DNA from: Takakia lepidozioides
Lineage: Eukaryota; Plantae; Bryophyta
DNA: 64,000 nt
NCBI GenBank assembly: GCA_030704615.1
Contig: CM060733.1
Coordinates: forward strand, 18,538,001-18,602,000
Reading direction: 5' to 3'
This document shows, in pieces, positions 26,801 to 37,991 of this stretch. The translations under genes and the position numbers were made by a program. Below the pieces are notes generated by a model. That model was not told where the DNA came from, searched no databases, and saw only the letters and a list, made by a program, of their open reading frames with translations. Positions within the stretch are counted from its first letter, which is position 1. Each line of letters starts with the position of its first letter.

Positions 26801-27059
26801 CTATGCTGCAACCTCTTGAGCAGTACCCCCTTCCTGCTCAGTCAATGACAAGGCCTCATCCTGCCCCATCATCTCATCATTGAGAACCTCCTCATCCATC
26901 ACAGCTGCCTTCGCTGCCAACTCCCTCTGAACCTCGAGCACCTCCCACATGTGCCATGGATGTCTACACCTCGTGGTCCTCACCGGCTCGCCCCCCTCGC
27001 TGCCTGTACCGTCTCGGTAGGCAGAGAGACCATCAAGGGAAGTGCACTCCGCACTCTAC

Positions 27060-28030
27060 GTTGCTCAGCCATAGCCAAGCTGACAATCCAGGTCAAGCAA
27101 TTGAGATCCATTGCTTGCCCCAACACCTGACGACGTGATGCCTCAGAAAGGGAAGGCACCGCCGTGGTCCCAGTGGAAAACCCCATAGCCCGCTCTCGCT
27201 CGTCGGCATTAGGCTCCACTAACTGCTGCAACTGAGCATCCCACAGGAGGCCAGGTCCACCATCCCGAAAAGCATGGGATCCTGGGAAGCTGAGCAGTGT
27301 AGGTAATGCTGCTCGTGGTTGACCCACCCTGTTGACCACTGCCAAAGGCGAACGGTCATCGTGTCTCACACGTTGAGACTGCCTTCCTGTGTCCAAAATG
27401 CCATCCACGGTGGTGTGCTGGCCGCTGCACCCCATCAAATGCACGCTTGAGCAGTGCGGGTGGCATCAAGTTAGTCCACCATAGTCGTGGACGATGAGCC
27501 CGTGACCCCACTGCAGCTGCATCCAGCAACACTGCTGACCCAAGCCACGACCGGACTTGATGCACACTGGCCATCACCCTGGCCCGAGAATCACCCATCA
27601 GTGGCACATTCTCCAAGATGTATGCGGAGATACAGCCTGATGAAGCTGCAAGTGGCGCAAAATCCGCACCATCCCAAAACAGACCCGTCCTCGAGTCTCG
27701 CAATCCATTGCCATGCCCGGCTGATGAATGCCCTTGGCAGGGCCAACCTGCCACTACCAGATCAATGGAGCCAACCCGCTCCAAATCCTGCGCCCCCAGC
27801 AACGAAATGTCTGCTGGCAAGGCCTGCTGATATCCACGAACTGCAGACACCGGCAACAACTCAGGGTGCTGCTGCACCACTGAGCAACATGGCGCAGTGA
27901 GACGCGTCGTGCAGTCTCATCCCTCTCCACATACAGGTAACGTCGAACTCGTACACCTGCCTGCAGCACTGCAGCCAATCCAGTGCTGATCCCGCCAAAT
28001 AAGTCCAGAAGGCATATGCCTTCATCCGGT
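27060..28030 (-). CDS. C5-cytosine DNA methyltransferase domain inside the pol polyprotein (DNMT3-like motif spacing)
   Basis: Motif I LLDLFGGISTG, II YLYVERD, III ADISLL, IV DLVVAGWPCQGHS, VI YILENV, VIII AHRPRLWWTNL, IX ERERAMGF, X RRQVLGQAMD across ORFs 27754-28497, 27356-27880 and 26980-27444. Confidence 0.93.
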
Positions 28031-28439
28031 CGCTGCCACACAAGAGGTGTGGTGTCCAATGGCGACAACTGAGGTGGCCCTGGTACAATCACCGCACTCT
28101 CCTCCTCTCCTGACGGTACAAAAGCTTCTACCCAAGCTTGTTGCACCCGTCCATCAGCAGCGTGCTGCAAATCCTTGCTCGTACCCCACAACGGAGTGTG
28201 AGCAACCATGGCAGGCAACTCCGCCGTACCATGCATGTCATCCTGCTCTCTGGAGGTGGCATCCTCTGCATGGGCATTGCCTTCCAGCAACTCTCCAGGC
28301 CAACTAACTGCAGCTGTGAAGGCGGCTAGTGTTGGCATCTTGCCCCGCTGGCAGCTGCAATACCCCCAATGAATGTCACAGGGAGCTGTGCACGGCGACC
28401 ATCCCCTGACTGCCATCCAGGCTGTAGGATGCTGACTCC

Positions 28440-28770
28440 TCCCAGAAATCCAGGGTGAAGCCCATGGGGTATAACACTGCCCCACCAACGAGGACATCGT
28501 AAGAGACCGCGTCTGTCACAATGGCCTTGGCTCGCATCTGAGCCATCTACAGGATGATCCGGCTGCAGTCTAATAGCCAACTGATGCCGTGTCATGCCGC
28601 GAGCCTGCTCTGATCCTCCCAGAGATGTCTGTATCTGGAAAGGACAAGGCTCCATATCCGCCTCCATGAGGCCCAAACCTGCAATAGCAGCTCTGCCCAA
28701 CATCAGTGGCTGAGCTCCTGAGTCCAACAAGACCCGCAGTGGCCGGTACTTCTTGCCTGCCGGTCCACTC
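28440..28770 (-). CDS. Retroviral-type aspartic protease
   Basis: RVLLDSGAQPLMLG active-site motif; downstream YDVLVG-like flap in a shifted frame. Confidence 0.85.
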
Positions 28771-29499
28771 AAAGTGAAAATGCCTCCCTGGTTGTCTAAC
28801 AAGACAACTCCAGGTGTCACCATGGCGCGCTCAAAGGCTGGCCTAGCTGGCAGCTCCGTCAATCTGGCAGCTGCAGCTTGCCAGGGCGCCGTGGCAGTCT
28901 TGACCCTCAAATCCGAGGATCCCTCTGCCACTACACCTTCCACTAACTCCGCAGAAGATGAAGTGACCTCCCACTCTCGCAGAGTTGCTGCTAGTCTGAA
29001 CACTGCAGCTGGTCTCACCCCGGCGTCGCAATCATGGTTGCCGAGAACAGTGGGGCTTGACACACAGAGGTGGGCCCCAATAACACACCGGCTGCACTAG
29101 CCTTGGTAGCAGGTGTCAGTGCTGCACGTGTAGCTCTCCCCAATGGCATAGTAACCTCCGCCTCGGTAACAGTCGGGCGAGAACTAGGTGCCATGGATGG
29201 CGTTGACACTGTCTCCGCCAAGGTGAATGACTGAGGCAGCCTTGCCTGACGGCTTGCCTCCCCACGTTGTGGATCCAACTCCACCTCTGCACCTCGTGGC
29301 TCAGGAACTCGTGTTGCTCCTCGAGTCACGGCTGCAGCAGACTCCACCTGCTCTAATGGTAGTGCTGCTCCGCACATGAATCCCATTCCTCCCATATCTC
29401 CTCCCTCAGGAGCAGGAGGTGGGCCATCCCGCCTGGGAGCCGGTACCGCCTGAGCTATAGCCATGGCAGCGAGCCTCTGCTCTAGCTGCTGAAGCCGAT

Positions 29500-30925
29500 T
29501 GGCCATGCCTTGGTCAACACCCTGACCTCCGCGTCCTTGGCCATGGAGGTTGCCCTTGGCCTGCACCTCGTGCCCGACCACCTCGTCCTCTTTGGGCTGG
29601 TCCACCTCGCCCCCGGCCACCATTGTTCCCTTGGAACTGGCCTGGGCGCAACTCAGGATGCAAGTCATAACACTGGGCATCTCCATGCCCATACTTGCCA
29701 CAATGCCCACACTGCAACTGTGCAGGCTGTGCTTGTGCCGGCCTTCTGCCACTCTCTGGGCAATCTCTCTTGACATGGGGTCCTCCACATGTCCAACATA
29801 TCACCCCTGGTTGCTGTTGGCCTGCAAAAGATGCCACGGGCCTCTGCACCTGAGGTCCCCTGTAAGCTCCATGGAACTTGGGCTGGGCAACCTTGCCCCC
29901 CTGACCACGCTGTTGGGCAGTCCCTTGTGCTTGTGGGCTGACAGCTGTGCCCCGTACAGGCATGTCCTTGCCAAATCCAATTGTAACAACTCGCTCCTCC
30001 ACCATGTTGAGCTCAATCCGCTCAGCCAGCAGAAACACATCTGCTAATGTGGGTTGGGCTGCTTGTAACAGGGTTGCATCTCGCACCCTTCTCTTGAGCT
30101 CCTTGTCCAGAATTCCATACCAAAACTGGATTGCCTGAGCTTCAGTAACCCCTTGGGTCACACTTATCAAGCGCCTCATACGAGTGTACGCCTCTCGCAG
30201 GCTCTCACTGGGTTTGCGCTGGAAGTCTTGCAAACTTCGCAGCTTCTCTGTCCGTACACCTTGGTAGTTCCTCCGCAACTCCTGGAAGAACTCCACCACC
30301 GGGTTGAATCTAGGCAAATGTGTTGTAGTCGTGGCAGGGAGTAGTAGCACCTTTTGAACTGGTACCACCTTCAGAAGTACCAGCACTACTTGCTCCACTA
30401 CTAGTGCTGGCAGTGGAGCTATTGGTACTGATGCAGCTACTGGTCGCGTCGTGCCTCGAGTAATGGAGACGTAGTCAGGTGACCAATACATCCTCCACTC
30501 CTCAATCTCTGCTTCATGTCCTCGCCTGAACTCGTGGTAATCGTCCATAGGCGGGCCTTCCAAATGCTGGAACAGTCCCTTCCACGCCATGAATGGGGTG
30601 AATAGCTGTGGATTGCGCATCTGCTGCAAATCACACCAGCTGTCGAACTCCTGGATAAAGTCATCCAACGATTGTGCCCACAGCTCCAGAGTACCTACGA
30701 GGCCCCTTGGTAGCTCCATACATCTCCTCCATGTCGTCCCACAACAATGGCGAATGAAAGTGCACACCTGTTGATGAAGCCTCCGAGTCTGTGTCTGACT
30801 CTACAGTAGTTGAGGGTGGCGGTGAAGGTGGTCTGAACCGAATACCTCGTCTTGTGAACCCCACTCTCACTGTACTGCTGTAGCCGTACTCCCCTCAAAA
30901 CCCTTGGGTAACTCCGTAATGACAC
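29500..30925 (-). CDS. Gag with two CCHC zinc knuckles (frameshifted)
   Basis: LDDFIQEFDSW...FQRKPSESLREAYTRM capsid-like region; CWTCGGPHVKRDC and CGHCGKYGHGDAQC; RGG-rich tail. Confidence 0.88.
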
Positions 30926-31556
30926 TCACAATGTGCACCTCCTCCACGTGACACTATAAGGCTCTAGTACTAATCTAATAGTGACACGGGTGGGCACCTG
31001 TTGCAGTCTAAGGGTCATATCCCAATGGCTCAGGGCACCTGCACCTGCATCCACCGCAAGAACTCCTATGGTTGGCTGGTCATCAACCCAGCCTCACCAT
31101 AGAAGAAACACTGGTGGTCTTGCTGGTCATCACTCCAGCCTCACCACCGACAGCATACTCTAGGATTGACCGGTGATCAAATCCGGCCTAATCCCTATGA
31201 AAGCAAGCGCCCACACAAAACCAACATGGCGCACAGTCAAGCATGCAGGTGTTGGGGGGATCCAAACACAAGAAATCAAAACATCAACACCCCCACACCA
31301 AAATCCAGCAGCAACGCTGATCCTGCAGAATATCCCAGCCCAAAACCCCGGACTGACTGGCCTCCACCAAGAGAGGCTTTGGCAACTACAAGTACAAGGT
31401 AATGAAAATAGTACAGAGATGGAGGGGAAGAATAGAAGCCCGCCCAAGCAAGATCTAATCCTGATCTATGCTATCAACTTCCAGACTTCTCTCAAAGTGC
31501 CTCGCTCTGCTTGATGGTAAGGTGTAGGAGGTATATCTATGTCCAGAAACCTGCCA

Positions 31557-32221
31557 CTAACCTTGTCCCAAGCTACAGTAGCTCGCTCTAACCAACCCTC
31601 CTCCTCTTTCTGCCAGGTAGAGACAAAGCAACACCCCTATCTCCCGCTCACTGAACACTAAAGAAAACAAAGGTAGGGTCTGATAGTCTCTCAACTCGAA
31701 AGCTTTGAGACGTTGCGGGTGTCTCTCATTGCGAATGACTGCATCGCCTTCAAACAGAACAAACTTGTCCTCGCTAATGAACCCCCGCTCGTGGTTGCCT
31801 GTGCAGAGCGTGTCCGCTGCAAACTGTCTAATTGCACAAACTTGTGCAGCTCCTGCTCCTCTGCTCCAGTACACCACGGCCTTGTGGCTGAACACCTGGT
31901 CCCCGGGGCTGTCTTTGGCTGTGTTCCAAGCCTAGCTTTCACCCACTTTGGTATTTCACCTACAGCTGCAGAACTGCTGGCTCCAACAGAGTTCTGACTG
32001 TCCAAGGCGATATTGAGGCCCTCAATGCCAACTACAGCAGTCTGTTGTCTACTGCTAATGCCTGACTCCCAGTATGCAATCAACTCGTCCAACTGTTCTC
32101 CACTCAAATCAGTCTGAGTTCCTTGGGAAACATAAATCGTGTCCCCTTGTGTGCACAGACTAAGAGAAGAGACCTGCCCTTCAATTACGTCCTCATTTCC
32201 CCCAGCCATGCAGGAGTACAT
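31557..32221 (-). CDS. Unknown accessory ORF upstream of gag (two overlapping frames)
   Basis: ORFs 31691-32221 and 31557-31895 in element sense; no recognisable motif. Confidence 0.35.
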
Positions 32222-32900
32222 CCACCAATTTGTCTCTCATATAGACCAGCACAGGTTCTAGAGACAGATTGTGGATCTTTCATGGCACACTCACACTCTA
32301 AAAATTCCATAGATTTTTAGCAGAGTCCCCAAAACAGAAACCAGGTTTAGATAGGTAGATTTCCCCTTTCTGCAGCTATCCCCCCAAAAACTGGGTCAAA
32401 CAGAGTCCATTTGACAAAGATATGATGAATTTGGCTCCAATCATTCAAATTAGATTAAAAATTTTTTTTTTTTTTTTTAAAGGTTTTCAAGTTTTAAAAA
32501 TTCAAAGTTACACCCAAAATATCTGGTAACTGGTTCCCGGTTCCCTAAGTTCTATATGGCATCCTAGGTTCCCTGGCCACGTGCCTGCTGTTCCCCTCCA
32601 TTTCATTTGAGTTCAACAGCTCACCATGCTTTGGAATCCCAACCGTCTTCTACCAAACCGTGGTGACGATGGAGTTCGTGAAGCGATCCTTCCCAGTGAA
32701 CCCTCGAGAGACGAGTCCCCTGTGCACTTGATATACACTCTCTTAATAGAGATCAAAATCAGCAAGGAGACACCATTGACGACACCCAGAGATCAGAGAC
32801 AAGTACTTGCGCAGTTCGGAGGCCACAGCATCCCCTCTGGACACTGAGCGGGGAATAGCTGCTACACAGCAGCTCAGTCTATCGTCAGCTCCTATACCTA

Positions 32901-33330
32901 CTAGCTTCCTGCCCCTGCCATAATCAAAGAGACAAGTGACACAACACCAGCTGGAACACCTTTCCTGAATTTTTGTATCGAGAGCCCATCACAAACAAGA
33001 GAAGCCCTGAAACAGCAACACCGATAGAGGACGCAAGGACAGGGTTCGAGGGCAGGTTCAGATAGACATAATAGAGGATCAGAGCTGACCCTCCCCCTGA
33101 CAGCAATGACTTGCTGCTCCCAGATTTGCAAATCCGATCACTCCTCCCAGACCAACAAGGACTGCATACGCCAAGGTCAGCCTCTGCGACATAGACAGCT
33201 TCATCTTTCCGTCACCACTTCCCTCTTCCTGTCCTCCCTCACCACCGTTCCTGTTGCCTCCATTGCCCGACACTTGGGTTACATGCTCAGCCAGACCTTC
33301 AAAAACCTGGCCCAAAATTCACTGGCTGCT
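32901..33330 (-). pseudogene. Captured fragment of a plastid fatty-acid export FAX / TMEM14 family gene
   Basis: G-rich linker then MSQRLTLAYAVLVGLGGVIGF-KSGSSKSLLSGG.SALILYYVY.NLPSNPVLASSIG...VMGSRYKNSGKVF-AGVVSLVSLIM; frameshifted. Confidence 0.85.
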
Positions 33331-34155
33331 CGGACACTGACATGACCAAACCTCTTTAACTCCAATCAGCCTGCTGCTGAGTTACGATCATCACCAAGCA
33401 AAATCTATCCCAATGCCCAGTTGAGCTGCCAGTCTCGCATTCACTTTCCCCACCAAGGCAGCTGCAATACACTGACTGTCTTAGCTCCCTCCATGACAAC
33501 CTCCCGCATTTGGGCAAGTTCAGCTTCACGGACCTCCCAGCGACTTAGCAGCTGCTTCAGGTCATGGTCCTAGCTAGCGCATGCTGGGCTGCAACCAGTT
33601 GCAGATCCTTATCGTGTAGAAACCCCTTCACTGCTCTCTTTCCATCTCCTGATGCCATGCTCCATCCTCCAGCCACTTCACTTGTTTCAGGCACCCAGGT
33701 CCCTATGGGCAGGTCACATGCTCCTGTGCCAGCCAGAACAGTGACATTCGACCCCTTCGTCTTCAGGAACAAGCTGGTAGCTTCCTTGATGTCATCAGTT
33801 TCCTGGACACTTAAACGGCAGTATGGTCGCCACCTCTGATTGAGGCAGTAGTGGTGACGAAAGGAGAAGAGAACACAGGGAAAGAGCGAGGAAAAATAAG
33901 GGCGGAGAACTGCTCATGTCAAAAGGTCAAAGCCAGAGAGGTCGAAACATTGTGCGAAGGGGGACCGTGTGTTTCTGCTGCCCTCTCCCACTTCAGCGCA
34001 ACATTCAGCGTCCAGAGAGTGAAGTCCCTCAAAATTTAGAGAGTGAACCCACCGGCAACAGGAGTGCTCTCAAGCGGACATTGAGCGCCCTCCACTGACT
34101 CAGTTGAGTGTGCAAACCTTTCTGCTCATGCAGTTCCAGCAGTCAATACTCACTC

Positions 34156-34460
34156 CTAGTGATGATGATGCTCATGCCCTAGAAGACCACCCTCTCCTAT
34201 CACCTTCAACTGAAAGACTTGGCTGCAGACTGAGCATTCATACTATTTGTCCTTCTCCAGCTTGAACCATGTCACATCATGCTCATCTCACCAACACCTC
34301 CTGAGCACCCAACTATCCGCTCATCATAGTGTGACTCCACCACAATTGCAGGGGCATCCTTGGTTCCAAAGGGACCACGAGGCGGATCCAGATCAAAGCG
34401 CTTCCCACCCGAGCGCTCCGCTTCCAACTCCTCCAGCTCAACTCCTGTTCCAATTCCAAA
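34156..34460 (-). pseudogene. COX5B: Captured uninterrupted fragment of cytochrome c oxidase subunit 5b
   Basis: GTGVELEELEAE...FDLDPPRGPFGTKDAPAIV.ESHYDERIVGCSGG.GE-DEHDVTWFKLEKDK*YECSVCSQVFQLKVIG; one frameshift and one stop. Confidence 0.9.
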
Positions 34461-34946
34461 ATCGCCCGAGCTGCCTCCTGCACTTGCCAAATCACGACTA
34501 CGATGCAACCACCGCGCATATGAGAGACCCCGATGTTCTGATTACTCCGCTTGCAGTTGCGGGTTACACAGCAATGTCGGTGGAGGCACACATGGTACAC
34601 GCCTGGATGCAACCAACCGTGAGAGCCTGCATCCAGCGTCCAACATAGCGCCCCACTCCCTCTGGGCCTTGCCATCACACCACCAGCTGCCATCGACATA
34701 TCCTCCGCAGCCGGCGACGCCCTTACAGTGGAAGCACACCTCGCCAATGCCAACAGAAATATGGGCAGACCACCATTACTCTCTCTTCTACCACACCATT
34801 GCGACTGGAGATGTGAGGTGAACTCAAGCTAGAGCCGTTCTATGCTCCTTGCTTGAGCTGCGTACAAGACCATGACCATCTATATTATAATAGTGCTTAA
34901 AAAAAAAAAACATCATATCTAGCTTAGCACTGGAAAACTAGATAGT

Positions 34947-34962
34947 GCTCATCTCTCTCGAG
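34947..34962 (-). promoter_or_regulatory. Putative self-priming primer-binding site
   Basis: Immediately inside the 5' repeat; perfect reverse complement of 35154-35169 within block B; no TGG tRNA-type PBS present. Confidence 0.65.
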
Positions 34963-35319
34963 TGATAACCAAACTAGATAAGGACACACACTCTCAACAC
35001 AAGAAATATGCAATCCCTCAACATCACTCTTTAAGATAATAGTCGAGCCAGGGGCACCCCAAGCTATGGGGACTCCACCCCACAACAACCTACACTCCCA
35101 TCATAAGCACACTCAGATCTGAAGAATGCAGGAGCTCGGTCGCGCAGGCTCAACTCGAGAGAGATGAGCTGCGCGACTGCCGCTCTCGTGAAGATAAGAC
35201 GGACCAGGTGTCAAACTAAACTTGACACCTGATTTAACACTTGACCTAAATCCAAGTGTTAAATACAAATAACTAGTTTTATGCTAGCTGTTTTCACACT
35301 GTGCTTATTTAACTTGACA
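34963..35319. repeat. Terminal repeat block B, copy 2 (5' end of the element)
   Basis: 357-bp match to 22964-23320; followed by the TGAT TSD. Confidence 0.95.
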
Positions 35320-36429
35320 TGATTCTGGTTTCAAATCCTGCTACCTTGTCAAGTGTGGTATGATCTTCCCTCCTTCCCTTGGGTTGTGTCCCATGAGCCT
35401 TGTGCTTTGAAGCCTCATGACGAGGTTACTTGGAAAGAGGTTATTTTCTCTTCTCATTATACTTAAGGGGCCTGATTTGTGAGAGGTAGCTCCCCGGTAA
35501 AAAATAAATACAACCAAAAATGTTGAGAACATGCGAATACATGATATTCCACTTCTTATAATAGAATAAGAATCTTGGACTCTAAAGAGTCTAATTTAGC
35601 AATGAACTCATATTTTTTGTGGCTTTGTCTTGGTTTGAGTCAGAATCTAGCTACATCCATGACAAACTCTGTGAAAAAAAAACTAAAAGGTGGACGCGTT
35701 GCCGAAGCATGTGTAACTTATGGTGTCACTTGACCCAGAAGGGCTATTGCCTTCCGGTAGGAAGGTGGATACCTTTGTAACAACCATCATGGTATACTCT
35801 GTAATTGTGTAGTGGCTTTAAAAATTTACGATCATGTGTGGGAAAATAAAATAAAATGTGGAGGCGCTACTGAAACAAGTGTAATTATGGTGTCACTACT
35901 GCCTTCTAGTGGGAAGGTGGACACCTTTATGACATCCAACATGTGGTTTGAACCTGTAGGACTTGAGTCTTGGTGTAGGTAGTGCCCACATACTACCATC
36001 AACCCATTGCAACTTTAATTATGAGAGTAAACAACATACATGGGAGGGCCGTGGTCTCGCCCACCCTCCCTCCAGACTCCTCGCCCCGAAGCTCTTCAAT
36101 AGGCCGAATTTGCTGCGCATTCATCTCCTTGCGCTTCAACTATCCTCATCCTCACACAACAGAGAACACCTACCACCTCCCACCCACTTCTACACCTCCC
36201 TACTGGGGTCAAGCTATTAGCCACAATTGACCCAAACCAGCTTAAGTATACTCATACCCCTCCTTTTCCCAAATACCTCTAGCAGAAGGAACCTACCCTA
36301 ACCCTCATCCTGCATGTCCAAAACCCCTATCATGTTGACATACCTACACATTTCTTTCGCGAAGTAAAACATCTACTAACCATAACACAAAATAAATGCC
36401 ATCATCCACCATCCATCTACCCCTCATTG

Positions 36430-37130
36430 CACAAGCACATCTACCCCCTCCCTCGAATTAAAACAAATAAAGCCTGGATTGGGGCACTGCCGCGCCCCCC
36501 CCAGGCCACATTAGCAAAACCCCCCCCCCAATCCCCTCGTTATATATGCAAACCCACACCCTCAAGTACCCTCCTGCGAACTCTCACTACACTGATGGAT
36601 CCCTTACTAAATCTAATGCAGGCTACGGTATCTACCATGCAGGAAACAGGGAGAGGGGTTGCCCTCAGTCTCCCTGGCCTGCAACCATTCACAGGGCCGA
36701 GCTTATGGTCATCTGCGACGCTCTCCTCCTACTTGACACCTTCCCCTCATCTTCACCACACTTATCTCCTTATTCCTCATCCGCAACCACATCGCTCACC
36801 CCTCCTCTCACCACCATCATCCTAACCGTAACCTTATTTCAGCCATTGTAAATGCTGCCGTCTCTAAAAAGCACCCAACCCACCTTCTCAAAATGCTCGC
36901 ACACTGACATTCAAGGGAATGAGGAGGCCGACCTCCTTGCTCAACGTGGTGCCACCAAACCCAAAGCTAACCCCACGGACGACCCTATTCACATCGCCCA
37001 CACCCACCCTTTCTGGTTTAACACCCAATTCCGGACCTACGGCACCACAACCCATACGCAATCTCTTGGTTTTGGGGGCAAATATGCCTTTTTTGAGGCA
37101 AATTAGGAAGCAGAATATCTTCGCTCCACG
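36430..37130 (+). mobile_element. Non-LTR retrotransposon relic with RNase H domain
   Basis: HYTDGSL...AGYGIY, TIHRAELMVI, HTDIQGNEEADLLA across frameshifts. Confidence 0.7.
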
Positions 37131-37277
37131 GTGCTGGCACATTCTGCATTCCTAATCGATTGTTTGACTTTTAGCTGCACATTATGGCCTGCAGCCAATC
37201 ACAAGCCTCATAATCTGCCCCCAAAATTCCTTTACACCAGGGAATGCGCCCCCTAGTGCGCATTATGGCTCCTAGTA

Positions 37278-37475
37278 CCCCTAGTGACTCACTAAGAGCC
37301 ATAATGCACCCTAGGGGCATGTTCTCTAGTACGTTGAATTGCTGGAGAAAAAATGATTAATTTTACTCGCAATACCGGCCTCGCCCTAGTGACTTACTAG
37401 GAGCCATAATGCGCCCTCGCGTTCTCTAGTACGTTGAATTGCTGGAGAAAAGTGATTATTTTTACTCGCAATACT
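37278..37475. repeat. ~100-bp tandem duplication with an overlapping palindrome
   Basis: CCCTAGTGACT..CTA.GAGCCATAATGC...GTTCTCTAGTACGTTGAATTGCTGGAGAAAA...TTTTACTCGCAATAC occurs twice. Confidence 0.8.
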
Positions 37476-37917
37476 TATGTTTCTTGTTTTCTTTAAAAGA
37501 AAAAGATAAAAAACACATATGATTAATGCTCAATCATTTGATTATCTCTATTTTTTTAAAAACCCTAAATAATCAAGAAAATAAAAATAAATTGACTCAG
37601 GCATAAAAAAAACCTCATTGTTAATTATAGTGTCAGTAAAATTAATAGGCCATGGCCTTGAATGAATGAAGGAAAAAACAAAGCAGCCTTGTTTTTCTTT
37701 TCTTTTTTGGGAAAAGGGGACTGAAGCCCTTTAAGAATTTTATTTCAGCAAAGGCGAGGAAAAAATAACCTGGCAACGGCCTCTCATTGAGGAGCAGGTC
37801 ATTAACAAGACTTACCCAGGGTTGACAGTAAAACTTCAGTATAACACTCTTCTTCTGGTTCCTGCTCAACAACCTCTCTGTATCAATACCATTTATGGCC
37901 ATAATCTATAGCAGCTT

Positions 37918-37991
37918 GCTCCCGTAGCTCAGTTGGTTAGAGCATCGGTCTTATGAGCCGAAGGTCGCGGGTTCGAACCCCGCCGGGAGCA
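37918..37991 (+). tRNA. tRNA-Ile(TAT): tRNA-Ile (anticodon UAU), intronless
   Basis: Cloverleaf GCTCCCG/CGGGAGC acceptor, GCTC/GAGC D-stem, TCGGT-CTTATGA-GCCGA anticodon arm, GCGGG-TTCGAAC-CCCGC T-arm. Confidence 0.96.

Larger units (their letters stand above)
22878..35319 (-). mobile_element. Ty3/gypsy-type retrotransposon encoding a C5 DNA methyltransferase and a PHD-integrase, with split terminal repeats (12,442 bp)
   Basis: Ends TGTC...GACA flanked by a TGAT duplication (22874-22877, 35320-35323); domain order gag-PR-DNMT-RT-RH-INT-PHD; near-identical terminal repeat blocks. Confidence 0.93.

Noticed and set aside
27060-28030. Bacterial restriction-modification gene or contamination
   Set aside because: Embedded in gag-pol between protease and RT, no cognate endonuclease, flanked by intron-containing plant genes
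32462-32478. A-run in element sense as the poly(A) tail of a captured mRNA
   Set aside because: Sits in AT-rich sequence and is not directly attached to an identified captured 3' UTR; insufficient support
22878-35319. DIRS/Ngaro tyrosine-recombinase element, suggested by the split repeats and a methyltransferase
   Set aside because: No tyrosine recombinase motifs seen; a DDE integrase, aspartic protease, TG...CA ends and a TSD are present; the MTase is C5-type rather than the adenine type typical of DIRS
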